Positions 30,476 to 38,190 of a DNA stretch of 64,000 bases are shown piece by piece. The first letter of the stretch is position 1. Every line of letters begins with the position of its first letter. Below the pieces are notes generated by a model that worked only from the letters and a program-made list of their open reading frames with translations, was not told where the DNA came from and searched no databases. A program made the translations under genes and the position numbers. The stretch comes from Eubacterium sp. (GTDB taxonomy: Bacteria > Bacillota > Clostridia > Peptostreptococcales > Anaerovoracaceae), in NCBI GenBank assembly GCA_050946615.1, contig JBMNVD010000003.1, positions 4,177 to 68,176 on the forward strand, in the 5' to 3' direction.

Positions 30476-31294
30476 TCACCCGAAACACGAGGAACAAGGC
30501 ATGTATCCTTTCTCCTCTGCATCCTTCTTCTCGGTTTTAACGTAATATTTATCAACAACGCTGCACGTACCTCGATGATACGCTTTGCCGCTTCCATAGA
30601 AACAAAACACGATATCCCCGTCTTTCATCGACTCGGAATCGCAGATGCCGCACGGAGCAAAGCGCAATCTCGTTCCCGCGGTCAGGTAGGTCATTTCACA
30701 TGCGGGATTCAGGAATCTGCATTCCTTTTTATGATAGTGTGTACCGCGCTGAGGAAAAATATATACAGTCTCAGAATCCTCATCATCATTGAAATCATCC
30801 CCTCTTGGCTCATCATCACGCACGGTCCCCGTGAATGCTCTCGACCTTATGTCCGCCGAAAATACGAGTCTCGCAGTTGACGGCATCATTTGCATCTTTC
30901 CGGACCCTGCCGTCAAGCCTATCTTTATCAGGTCGTCCATACCGTCTTCGCTGTAAAGATAGTCAAAATCATCAGCCGCGCAAATCCCGATCCTCGGATT
31001 TTCGGAGTTTGCCCTGTATACTATCGCCGCATGACAAATATATCTGCTTTTCACGAAATGTGCTCTGATATCCTCGGCCTTTAGTTCATCGCAGGCGGCA
31101 TACACGATGTTTTCGCACGACGCGATAAACGGGATGACGGTTATCAAAGCTATCATAGAAGCGATGAAAATCGGCAAAATGATAGAAGCTTCTAAAATAT
31201 ACGAGCCGCGTCTTGAGCGAAATTTCCGCGGAATCACTGCCCGCCCGAACCATCTGCGTTTTCTTTTATCATCAATATTCATCTTCGAACTCAT
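30476..31294 (-). CDS. TadE-like pseudopilin with C-terminal tandem Cys/His (zinc-binding-like) motifs
   Basis: The N-terminus RRGSYILEASIILPIFIASMIALI matches the TadE/Flp-type leader plus hydrophobic helix shared with the neighbouring genes. The C-terminus has two copies of YH-x3-C ... PC-x2-C. Confidence 0.65.
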   Translation of the reverse strand: MSSKMNIDDKRKRRWFGRAVIPRKFRSRRGSYILEASIILPIFIASMIALITVIPFIASCENIVYAACDELKAEDIRAHFVKSRYICHAAIVYRANSENPRIGICAADDFDYLYSEDGMDDLIKIGLTAGSGKMQMMPSTARLVFSADIRSRAFTGTVRDDEPRGDDFNDDEDSETVYIFPQRGTHYHKKECRFLNPACEMTYLTAGTRLRFAPCGICDSESMKDGDIVFCFYGSGKAYHRGTCSVVDKYYVKTEKKDAEEKGYMPCSSCFG

Positions 31295-32501
31295 ATTCCT
31301 CTCCGTTGACTTCGATAGAATACCTGAGGCCCGTGAAATAGTCTTTCAAGAAAAAATTCCCATAATAGCCATACTGCATGTCTATCTGTACCAGATCCAT
31401 CATCCTCAGATATTTGACGTCAGTATCCATGAGCGTGATAAATAGCGTAAGGTAATCTTCATACGTCTCTCCCGATTCGCATCCGTTGTCAATGTAAAAA
31501 CCGTCCTGCGGCATTTCTTTATTTACCGAATCGAAGTCAGTCGCCCAGTTCTCTTTTGTTTTGACGAAAGGGACTTTGCCGCCGTGGATCAGTATCTCAT
31601 AATCATTGACGCTTTCCGCCAGCGCCCACGACAGTAAGATCGTCTGCTGCACGGCAGGTGCAAGTGCCGGAGTCGCTATCAGTTCGGCTGCAGCAAGAGC
31701 GATGGCCTTCTTCTCCTCGTCCGTTTCCAGATACGCCAGATTCGCGGATTCTCTGACAGCGACTATCCTGACTTTAACGCCCCGCCTGTTTGCCGTATCG
31801 CTCTTCCTTCCGCATATCAAATATTCCTGCTCGTACTTCAGGAACGAGTCGTCGGACGGCTCACTCATCATATTGTGGAAATAGTGTTTGATATATCTGT
31901 CCGCGAAGTACATATCCGTACCGGCCTTAAGAAGGTCCGGCACGCCACTGTTGCCGCTGAACAAATTCTTGACGCGGCTTAAAAGAGCAGCGTCGTCTCT
32001 CCCTTCCGAAGGAAGCATTGCAAGTAGATATTCGTCCGTTATACTCCTGTCCGATTCGATTGCTTCTTCCGAAATACCGCATGCAGGCTCCTCGCAGATG
32101 CTCGCGGCACCGCATATCGATACCTGACGTCTGAATTCTCCTATATCAGTCAGAGAATACTCATAGAGATGCGCGGCGCAGTTTCCGGCTTCTATGTACG
32201 ATTTACCTTTGAAAGAGCAGTCGGCATAAGTATCGAGTTTCTCGGATATTTCCCTTTCTGTTCCGTAAAAGCCCATCAGACCGAACCTGTCATAAAGATT
32301 TCGGTCGTATTCTCCCAGTATCGAAGAAGCCCAGAGCCTGCCGAGACTTTCCACGCTGCCCGCTATCGCCGCGCTTCGCGACTCGTTTATGAAAACAGAC
32401 ACCATGGACACGAAAGATACCATGAATATCATGATAAATATCGTGGCAGAACCTCGTTTTGACTTATTTTTCCTCGGTTTTCCCGTGCAGAAAATACGCA
32501 C
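31272..32501 (-). CDS. TadG-like / large pseudopilin-like membrane-anchored protein
   Basis: The N-terminus KRGSATIFIMIFMVSFVSMVSVF (same leader type) is followed by a ~380-aa extracytoplasmic domain. The gene lies within the Tad cluster. Confidence 0.55.
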   Translation of the reverse strand: MRIFCTGKPRKNKSKRGSATIFIMIFMVSFVSMVSVFINESRSAAIAGSVESLGRLWASSILGEYDRNLYDRFGLMGFYGTEREISEKLDTYADCSFKGKSYIEAGNCAAHLYEYSLTDIGEFRRQVSICGAASICEEPACGISEEAIESDRSITDEYLLAMLPSEGRDDAALLSRVKNLFSGNSGVPDLLKAGTDMYFADRYIKHYFHNMMSEPSDDSFLKYEQEYLICGRKSDTANRRGVKVRIVAVRESANLAYLETDEEKKAIALAAAELIATPALAPAVQQTILLSWALAESVNDYEILIHGGKVPFVKTKENWATDFDSVNKEMPQDGFYIDNGCESGETYEDYLTLFITLMDTDVKYLRMMDLVQIDMQYGYYGNFFLKDYFTGLRYSIEVNGEEYEFEDEY

Positions 32502-32823
32502 TTGCTTTTTCCCCTATCCTGACAATGGCCGCTTCGTCGATGACATAGAACCTTGCAGATACGTCCTCCTCGAAGACATCTTCTAAAACGCCGCCGGGAA
32601 AGGATGAGATCTTATCACTATATTTTTCGATTTTAAAGATGGCGTTCGATCTTTCTATCTCCTTAAAGGCCTGTTCCTGCAAATCGTTCTGTGCACGTAG
32701 ACATTTGTAGAAATGTGCAGTTATACCGACGAAGCTGACCAATATCAGTATGACCAGAGGCAGCACAATGGCGGCCTCGACCATTTCACTTCCTTTTTTG
32801 TTCAAAATTTTGTTAAATAACAT
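32464..32823 (-). CDS. TadE-like pseudopilin
   Basis: The protein starts MLFNKILNKKGSEMVEAAIVLPLVILILVSF. Its leader and helix are nearly identical in pattern to the adjacent pilin. The start is taken at the ATG at 32821-32823 rather than the upstream TTG in the track. Confidence 0.7.
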   Translation of the reverse strand: MLFNKILNKKGSEMVEAAIVLPLVILILVSFVGITAHFYKCLRAQNDLQEQAFKEIERSNAIFKIEKYSDKISSFPGGVLEDVFEEDVSARFYVIDEAAIVRIGEKASAYFLHGKTEEK

Positions 32824-32833
32824 GTTCAATTAC

Positions 32834-32968
32834 TCATCCGTTCAGATCGGCGAACGTGTTACTCACGAACTCCATGATCTCGGAGCGGAAAACGATTCCC
32901 ACCGCGATAGCAAGGGCGATGAGTATCGCCGCCTGTACCATTTCCATACCACGCTTGTTTCTCAGCAT
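32834..32968 (-). CDS. flp: Flp-family type IVb pilin (44 aa, below the ORF-track size cut-off)
   Basis: My hand translation of the minus strand gives MLRNKRGMEMVQAAILIALAIAVGIVFRSEIMEFVSNTFADLNG*. AGGAG lies 7 nt upstream of the ATG. It has a short basic leader ending in Gly plus a hydrophobic helix, and sits directly upstream of the TadE-like gene and downstream of tadC. Confidence 0.65.
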   Translation of the reverse strand: MLRNKRGMEMVQAAILIALAIAVGIVFRSEIMEFVSNTFADLNG

Positions 32969-33022
32969 TTCATGACTCCTTTCAAAGATAAACTGAAATG
33001 AAAATATATTGCTGTCCCCATC

Positions 33023-34036
33023 TCACACCTGAAGCAGAGCAGGTGCGGCGGTTATTAAAATAAGAACGATAAGCAGCATAGACATCGGTATCGCGAGTTT
33101 GACTTCGGCCGTTTTCCCTCGCTCCTCTGCGAGTTTTCTCCTTTCTGACCAGAGCATTGTGCCTTCGGCATCCAATTTTTCGCGCAGATCCGCTCCGGTG
33201 TCTCTGTTTTCGGCGATAAGAGCGCTCATTCTGGATAGTTCGCGTATTTTTCTGCTTTTGGCATACCTGAGCATGATATCCGCTTGACTCTCTCCGGTGA
33301 GCGCGCTTTCGGTCTTGAATCCCGCAAGCAATTCGGCAAAGCAGTCATGTCTGCCGCTAGCTTCGAATCCGTCTATTATCCTGTCCATTGCGTCTTCATA
33401 TATCAACCCGCTCGACAGGAACATCACGAGTTTTCCCGCAAAAGAAGGCAGTTCCCTGATTATCGCATCGGCTCTCTTCTTCTCGCGTTCTTTTTCTTTT
33501 GATATCTCGCCCCTGTACATGTAATACAAAGCAGCTGCCGCGGCAGGTATCGGGAAGAGATATTTCGGCCCCGAACGCTTTGCCGACCAGTCCAGACGCG
33601 TACCGTCCTCTGTCATATCAGGAAGATAGGCTATTTTGCCGCCTGACGTGTTTATAGACCTGACGACCCTCGAAATTTCAAAATCGATTTCTTCATCATC
33701 GCTTATTACATCTTCCTCGCTTTTTTCATTTCCGCCTTTGAGCCTCAGGATCACTTCTTTGGACTTCACGGTATCGCCTTTTGTCCCCTTTACCGTCAGG
33801 CTCACAGGTTCTCCGCCGCTCAGGTCTACTGCGGAAAGTCTCCCGTCGCTCATGATTAATTCTCCGCCCGGTGCCGATGATGACAGATACACCGCTATCG
33901 TTATAAAAATCGAGAACACTGTGAGCGCTATAGTTACAGTCTTGTTTTTAAAGCAAAAGCGAACGAAATCCGACTCGCGCACTATTTGCATCATGTCTTT
34001 TATCTTTTCAGACGCTGATATCAGTGATTTTTTCAC
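33023..34036 (-). CDS. tadC: Type II secretion system F-family protein (TadC-like) with N-terminal extension
   Basis: The C-terminal ~180 aa show the T2SSF/TadC pattern, ending in a TM helix (AIPMSMLLIVLILITAAPALLQV). The N-terminal ~150 aa (a TM segment plus a beta-rich segment) are extra. Confidence 0.7.
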   Translation of the reverse strand: MKKSLISASEKIKDMMQIVRESDFVRFCFKNKTVTIALTVFSIFITIAVYLSSSAPGGELIMSDGRLSAVDLSGGEPVSLTVKGTKGDTVKSKEVILRLKGGNEKSEEDVISDDEEIDFEISRVVRSINTSGGKIAYLPDMTEDGTRLDWSAKRSGPKYLFPIPAAAAALYYMYRGEISKEKEREKKRADAIIRELPSFAGKLVMFLSSGLIYEDAMDRIIDGFEASGRHDCFAELLAGFKTESALTGESQADIMLRYAKSRKIRELSRMSALIAENRDTGADLREKLDAEGTMLWSERRKLAEERGKTAEVKLAIPMSMLLIVLILITAAPALLQV

Positions 34037-34802
34037 TTGCCACCCCCGCCGCTGCCATTATTGCCAGCGAGACAATCATTATTAACCTTCCTTCTGCCGT
34101 GTGATATAGCGGATCCAAGTACCCCGGTGATATAAGCCTGAGCATCAGTATTACAGCGGGCGGCATCAAGGCTATCATCCTGCCCTCGAATTTTTTCTGA
34201 GCGGACATAACCCGTATTTCGTTTTCCGTGTCTATCTTTTCGGTTATGAGCGACGCGGCCCTGTCGACCGCTTCTATCGTGTTCCCTCCGCTTACTCTGC
34301 AGCCGTCGAGAACAGACACAAAGTCATATATGTCTTCGATACCGGTTCGCTGCGCCAATCCCGCAAATGCTTCCGTTTCAGTCGCTCCGGCTGCAGTCAT
34401 GTCCGCAGACATGTTTTTCAATTCAGATACAAGATATGCATCAGATCCGTATATCCCGGAAAGATACGGTATCGCCTCGCGCACGGCCTCTGAGATGTGG
34501 CGGCCGCCGGACAGCGACGAGGAAAAACTGTAGAGCGCGTCTCTGAATTGAAACCTTATTGTCTTCCGCCTTTTCTCATCGGAATATCTGCTATATGCTG
34601 AGATGGCTATAAGATAGACGACCGGTGATGCGGCGGCTGTGTAAGGAAAATCAAAGAACAGATATCCCGCCAGCGCCGTCACAGCCGCCGATAGAACAGC
34701 AAGCGCAATTTTCTTTTTTATGCCGATCTTAGATTCAGTTATCCGCTCTGCTGCCGCAAAGCCTCTCGTTTTCAATGCCGCGAAGCCTGAGTTTGATTTC
34801 AT
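34008..34802 (-). CDS. tadB: Type II secretion system F-family protein (TadB-like)
   Basis: It has N-terminal TM helices, a T2SSF-like soluble domain (GGRHISEAVREAIPYL...GGNTIEAVDRAA) and a C-terminal TM helix. The annotated ATG overlaps cpaF by 68 nt, and no alternative canonical start is seen. Confidence 0.7.
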   Translation of the reverse strand: MKSNSGFAALKTRGFAAAERITESKIGIKKKIALAVLSAAVTALAGYLFFDFPYTAAASPVVYLIAISAYSRYSDEKRRKTIRFQFRDALYSFSSSLSGGRHISEAVREAIPYLSGIYGSDAYLVSELKNMSADMTAAGATETEAFAGLAQRTGIEDIYDFVSVLDGCRVSGGNTIEAVDRAASLITEKIDTENEIRVMSAQKKFEGRMIALMPPAVILMLRLISPGYLDPLYHTAEGRLIMIVSLAIMAAAGVASEKITDISV

Positions 34803-35952
34803 CTTTAAGTTTGTTTCCCGTATACGTGAGTTTCATGTCATGCGACAGCTCATACAGCGTATTCAGTTCGTAAGACCCGTCTTTGTATCCTGTGATTTCC
34901 CTGACTTCGACGACACGTCTTGAACCGTCCTTCAGTCTCTCCATATGGACCATTATGTCTATCGCCTCTACGATCTGCATCCTTATCGCATCTATCGGAA
35001 TATCCGCGCCGGAAAGATACATCGCTTCGAGTCTCCTGAGCATCCCTTTGACCGAATTCCCGTGTCCCGTCGACATCCCGCTGTGCCCCGTATTCAGCGC
35101 CTGAAGCATAGAAGAGACCTCACCGCCGCGGACCTCCCCGACTATCAGCCGGTCCGGTCTCATCCTGAGGCTTGCGCGTATCAGATCATTCATCGTCACC
35201 GCTCCGCGCCCGGCGGAGTTCGCAGTCCTGCATTCCAGCCTGACTATGTTTTCTATTTCATCAAGTTTCAATTCCAGCGAATCCTCTATGACGACAACCC
35301 TCTCACCTTGAGGAATAAACTCGCTCAGTGCATTCAGGAATGTCGTCTTTCCCGATGAAGTGCCGCCGCTGACGAATATGTTATATCCTGCTGTAACGAG
35401 ATCTTTAAGGTCCTCTGCACACTCCTCGCTTATGCTGCCTGAAGAAATCATGTCCTCGAGCAGTATCCTGTTATCACCGAATTTTCGTATAGTCAGCGAT
35501 GGGCCTCCGATCGCCACGTTTTTCATCACCGCGTTGACGCGCGATCCATCCGGAAGTCTCGCATCCAGAATGGGATTCAGTTCGTTTATCTCCCTGTGAA
35601 CGGAAGCCGCTATCCTCCTGATTACATTTTCAAGTTCCTGCACATCCGCGAACGAATCCTCCACGCGCTCCATGTGCCCGAACCGTTCCACAAAGACATG
35701 GCCCGGGCCGTTCACCATGATTTCGTTCACGCCTCTCTCATCCAAGATATATGAGAGTTCCCCGAGGACGCCTCGCATCCTTCCGTAAACGCGCCTGATG
35801 AGCGCTTCTGTCTCGACCAGATCTTCTCTGTCGCGAGCGGCCGAATCCTCAAAGACCACGTCTTCAACAAGTTTGAGTGTCTCTTCCTCGCTCAGTTCTC
35901 CGCTTTCCAGAGCCCTCAGCGCCGCCGTCCTGAATAAATCTTTATCTGACAT
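34735..35952 (-). CDS. tadA: CpaF/TadA family secretion ATPase (VirB11-like)
   Basis: Walker A is GGTSSGKTTFLNAL and Walker B VVVIEDSLEL. The His-box region is GHSGMSTGHGNS. Length is 405 aa. Confidence 0.9.
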   Translation of the reverse strand: MSDKDLFRTAALRALESGELSEEETLKLVEDVVFEDSAARDREDLVETEALIRRVYGRMRGVLGELSYILDERGVNEIMVNGPGHVFVERFGHMERVEDSFADVQELENVIRRIAASVHREINELNPILDARLPDGSRVNAVMKNVAIGGPSLTIRKFGDNRILLEDMISSGSISEECAEDLKDLVTAGYNIFVSGGTSSGKTTFLNALSEFIPQGERVVVIEDSLELKLDEIENIVRLECRTANSAGRGAVTMNDLIRASLRMRPDRLIVGEVRGGEVSSMLQALNTGHSGMSTGHGNSVKGMLRRLEAMYLSGADIPIDAIRMQIVEAIDIMVHMERLKDGSRRVVEVREITGYKDGSYELNTLYELSHDMKLTYTGNKLKDEIKLRLRGIENERLCGSRADN

Positions 35953-36931
35953 CGTGATACCTTAATGCTTCCGTCAATTTAAGGAGTTCACTGCCGAACT
36001 CGTCGTCCAAGCCGGTGCGGCCCGCGTCAGATACTATAGGAATGACGACAGTATCCTCGGGAGGCGGGAGGAAATTACCCTCATCGGATGGGACTCTGTT
36101 ATGTACGAATAAAAACCTTGAATCGAAGTCGCCTGTGTTCGCCGAATTGACCGAAACCACCACATCGCAGGCCTTTTTTACATCATCCGTGGTCGGAGAA
36201 AAAGCGGCTCCCTGATCTATTATCAAATCATCGTACCCGAAGCCGGCAAGCCACGTGCAGACGGCCCGCAGATGCTCCGCGGTGAAGTAATGCACATTTA
36301 CGTTCAACAAAGGTATTCCAAAATACGACATGTCTTCATCGCAGTTCATCAAAAGTTCCGCCTCGGGACTGCGCCCGGCATCCATGCAGTACACCATTCT
36401 CGACCAGTTTTTCTCCTCTCCCTCGCCGCAGCGCAGGAAATCTCTGGCCTCTCCGTTTCTGGGCGAAAGACTCAGGAATGCGGTCTTCCGTCCCTCGAAT
36501 CTGTGAAGCATGATACCGCTTCCGCAAGCAAGCGCAGTACATCCGCTCCCACCCTTATCGGAACAAAACATGATAGTGCGCACTCGCGAAGAAACGTTCG
36601 CCTTCATATCAGTACCGAGTATGAACTTTATCCGCGATACGACCCTGTCGGCTCCGGAAAATATGTCGACAACGTAAGGTTCCTCTGTCAGCCTGTCTTC
36701 GCAAAATTCGCCTGCCTCGACATTAACTATCCCCGCAGGGGCGATAGAACCGGCGCTGCTCAAGAGCACATGATCCGAATCGCGCACATGCCCGACATTC
36801 ACATCGAAGCCTCCGCACAGCATGACTGCTTTCGCTAAAGCCTTTGAGAGTTCTTTGTCTTCAAAGTCTATCGACATCCTTATGTTTCCCATGTCCGCCT
36901 CCCTGTGAGCAAAGAATACCCTCTTCCCCAT
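35942..36931 (-). CDS. tadZ: TadZ/CpaE-like pilus localisation protein with deviant Walker A
   Basis: An N-terminal receiver-like region is followed by a ParA/MinD-like domain carrying SDKGGSGCT instead of KGGxGKT. It is the first gene of the cluster, directly upstream of the ATPase. The true start may be an internal Met (MGNIRMS or MSIDF). Confidence 0.6.
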   Translation of the reverse strand: MGKRVFFAHREADMGNIRMSIDFEDKELSKALAKAVMLCGGFDVNVGHVRDSDHVLLSSAGSIAPAGIVNVEAGEFCEDRLTEEPYVVDIFSGADRVVSRIKFILGTDMKANVSSRVRTIMFCSDKGGSGCTALACGSGIMLHRFEGRKTAFLSLSPRNGEARDFLRCGEGEEKNWSRMVYCMDAGRSPEAELLMNCDEDMSYFGIPLLNVNVHYFTAEHLRAVCTWLAGFGYDDLIIDQGAAFSPTTDDVKKACDVVVSVNSANTGDFDSRFLFVHNRVPSDEGNFLPPPEDTVVIPIVSDAGRTGLDDEFGSELLKLTEALRYHDVR

Positions 36932-37048
36932 AGACCGTCAACCATTATTTTCCAGTAAAATTTTCCCATTTAGGAACTGAGCCATCCGCGCGGAAAATAA
37001 ATTTTCCCCCTTATTCATTCGACACGAGAAAATGATGCGAGCAGTATT

Positions 37049-37151
37049 ACAAGATGCTGCGGTCGGCACGGCGAGATGTTCGGGGATGTATGGCAAAATG
37101 TCCGGAGCAGCATGACAAGATGTCGCGGTCGGCACGGCGAGATGTCCGTGG
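37049..37151. repeat. Two ~37-bp direct repeats (period 66 bp) in the tad/marR intergenic region
   Basis: ACAAGATGCTGCGGTCGGCACGGCGAGATGTTCGGGG lies at 37049-37085. ACAAGATGTCGCGGTCGGCACGGCGAGATGTCCGTGG lies at 37115-37151. Confidence 0.85.
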
Positions 37152-37210
37152 CGGCACGAGAAGACGGCGCGGGGTTTACTTTCATCCGATTTCGGATTAC
37201 AATGATATTT

Positions 37211-37527
37211 AGTTGCATTTTAGGCACAAAGGGTGTTTTGCCTTTTGTCACGCGCAGCTTTATGTCACGCGCAAATCATATTTAGGCTTTGGTTTGACGT
37301 ACTTTATACGCAAATTGAGTTTGGCTTAAATCACGCGCAACACGCACAAATAATATTTTGCTTTAATTTAATCGCAAATTGTGTTTTGGCGTAATAATGA
37401 CGTGCTTATCGCGTTTTAACGTTGATTTCGCATACGTGCATAGACCGCATTTAAGCGTTTAACTTGCGCACGCGCATAGTCCGCTTTTTAGCGATATCCT
37501 TTGCGCACGCGCATAGTCCGCTTTTTA
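37211..37527. repeat. Array of about 9-10 degenerate 30-40-bp tandem units rich in (C)ACGCGCA / TGCGCA cores
   Basis: The best copies are CTTGCGCACGCGCATAGTCCGCTTTTTA (37463-37490) and CTTTGCGCACGCGCATAGTCCGCTTTTTA (37499-37527). A degenerate copy lies at 37428-37462. Upstream units follow the pattern CACGCGCAAAT...TTTGGCTT. Confidence 0.8.
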
Positions 37528-37665
37528 ATGTTAATTATTATTAGCGTTTATTCCATGTATGTACGCGAATGAGTTGATTTTGAGGCATTTACGCCTGCCG
37601 AACGCGCATGTTTGCGGTGAAAGACTAAATAAGTTTTACAGGCTTTACTTCAGTCACAAAGGGGA

Positions 37666-38190
37666 GTGATTAAATTGCGTGCAGATAATAAATCACGGAC
37701 CGCGCCTCAGCGCGGGGAAAAAATCGCAGAAAAACAACTTATCGAGCTGCTTCAGTCATATAAAGAAGTCGATCGGATATTCCACGCTTATGCGAAGGCA
37801 CATAATATACCCGACAGTTCTTTTTTCATACTTTACGTTCTCGCTAAGCACGGTTCGATTTATTCGCAGCACGAACTCTGCGAAGAATGGTCGTTCTCGG
37901 CGCAGACTATCAATTCCGCGCTGAAGAATCTCGAGCGGCAGGGGATCGTCACGCTCGAACTGCTGCCCGGGAACCGCAAGAGCAAAGAAATACATCTGAC
38001 CGAAAAAGGCCGTGCTGTCACAGATGGAGTCATACGTGACCTGCTGGACACCGAAATCGATTCTTTTTTGAAGATTGAGCAAAAAGACCGCGAAGTTCTG
38101 ATTTCTGCGTTTAAGTGTTTTGTTGCAAACTTCAGAAACGGAATGAAAGAAAAAATCAAATGCGCTTATGGAAATCAGCAGGATCGTTAA
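37666..38190 (+). CDS. MarR family transcriptional regulator
   Basis: The winged-HTH region reads HELCEEWSFSAQTINSALKNLERQGIVTLELLPGNRKSKEIHLTEKG. Length is about 170 aa. The start may be the GTG at 37666 or the TTG at 37675. Confidence 0.85.
   Translation: MIKLRADNKSRTAPQRGEKIAEKQLIELLQSYKEVDRIFHAYAKAHNIPDSSFFILYVLAKHGSIYSQHELCEEWSFSAQTINSALKNLERQGIVTLELLPGNRKSKEIHLTEKGRAVTDGVIRDLLDTEIDSFLKIEQKDREVLISAFKCFVANFRNGMKEKIKCAYGNQQDR

Noticed and set aside
29778-30545. A 255-aa plus-strand ORF opposite the last tad-cluster gene
   Set aside because: Its composition is Arg/Ser/Ile-rich, it has no RBS, and it runs against the operon direction. The minus-strand 193-aa ORF fits the operon spacing. 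Neither ORF has a recognisable motif, so this choice is moderate-confidence only.
23575-36931. dprA, comM and the Tad cluster as one competence island
   Set aside because: dprA and comM sit in their universally conserved yraN-comM-dprA-topA context. They are separated from the Tad cluster by unrelated genes (a HAD hydrolase, ispH/S1) and by terminators. The proximity is probably coincidental, so the DNA-uptake idea rests only on the pseudopilin Cys/His module.
36938-37285. Small ORFs (65, 78 and 69 aa) in the tad/marR intergenic region
   Set aside because: They overlap one another in different frames across the 37-bp direct repeats. They lack an RBS and have Arg/Cys/Pro-rich composition.
37211-37527. 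Possible CRISPR array
   Set aside because: The repeat period is only about 36 bp, so there are no 30-40-bp unique spacers between units. The units are degenerate, and no cas genes are present in the window.
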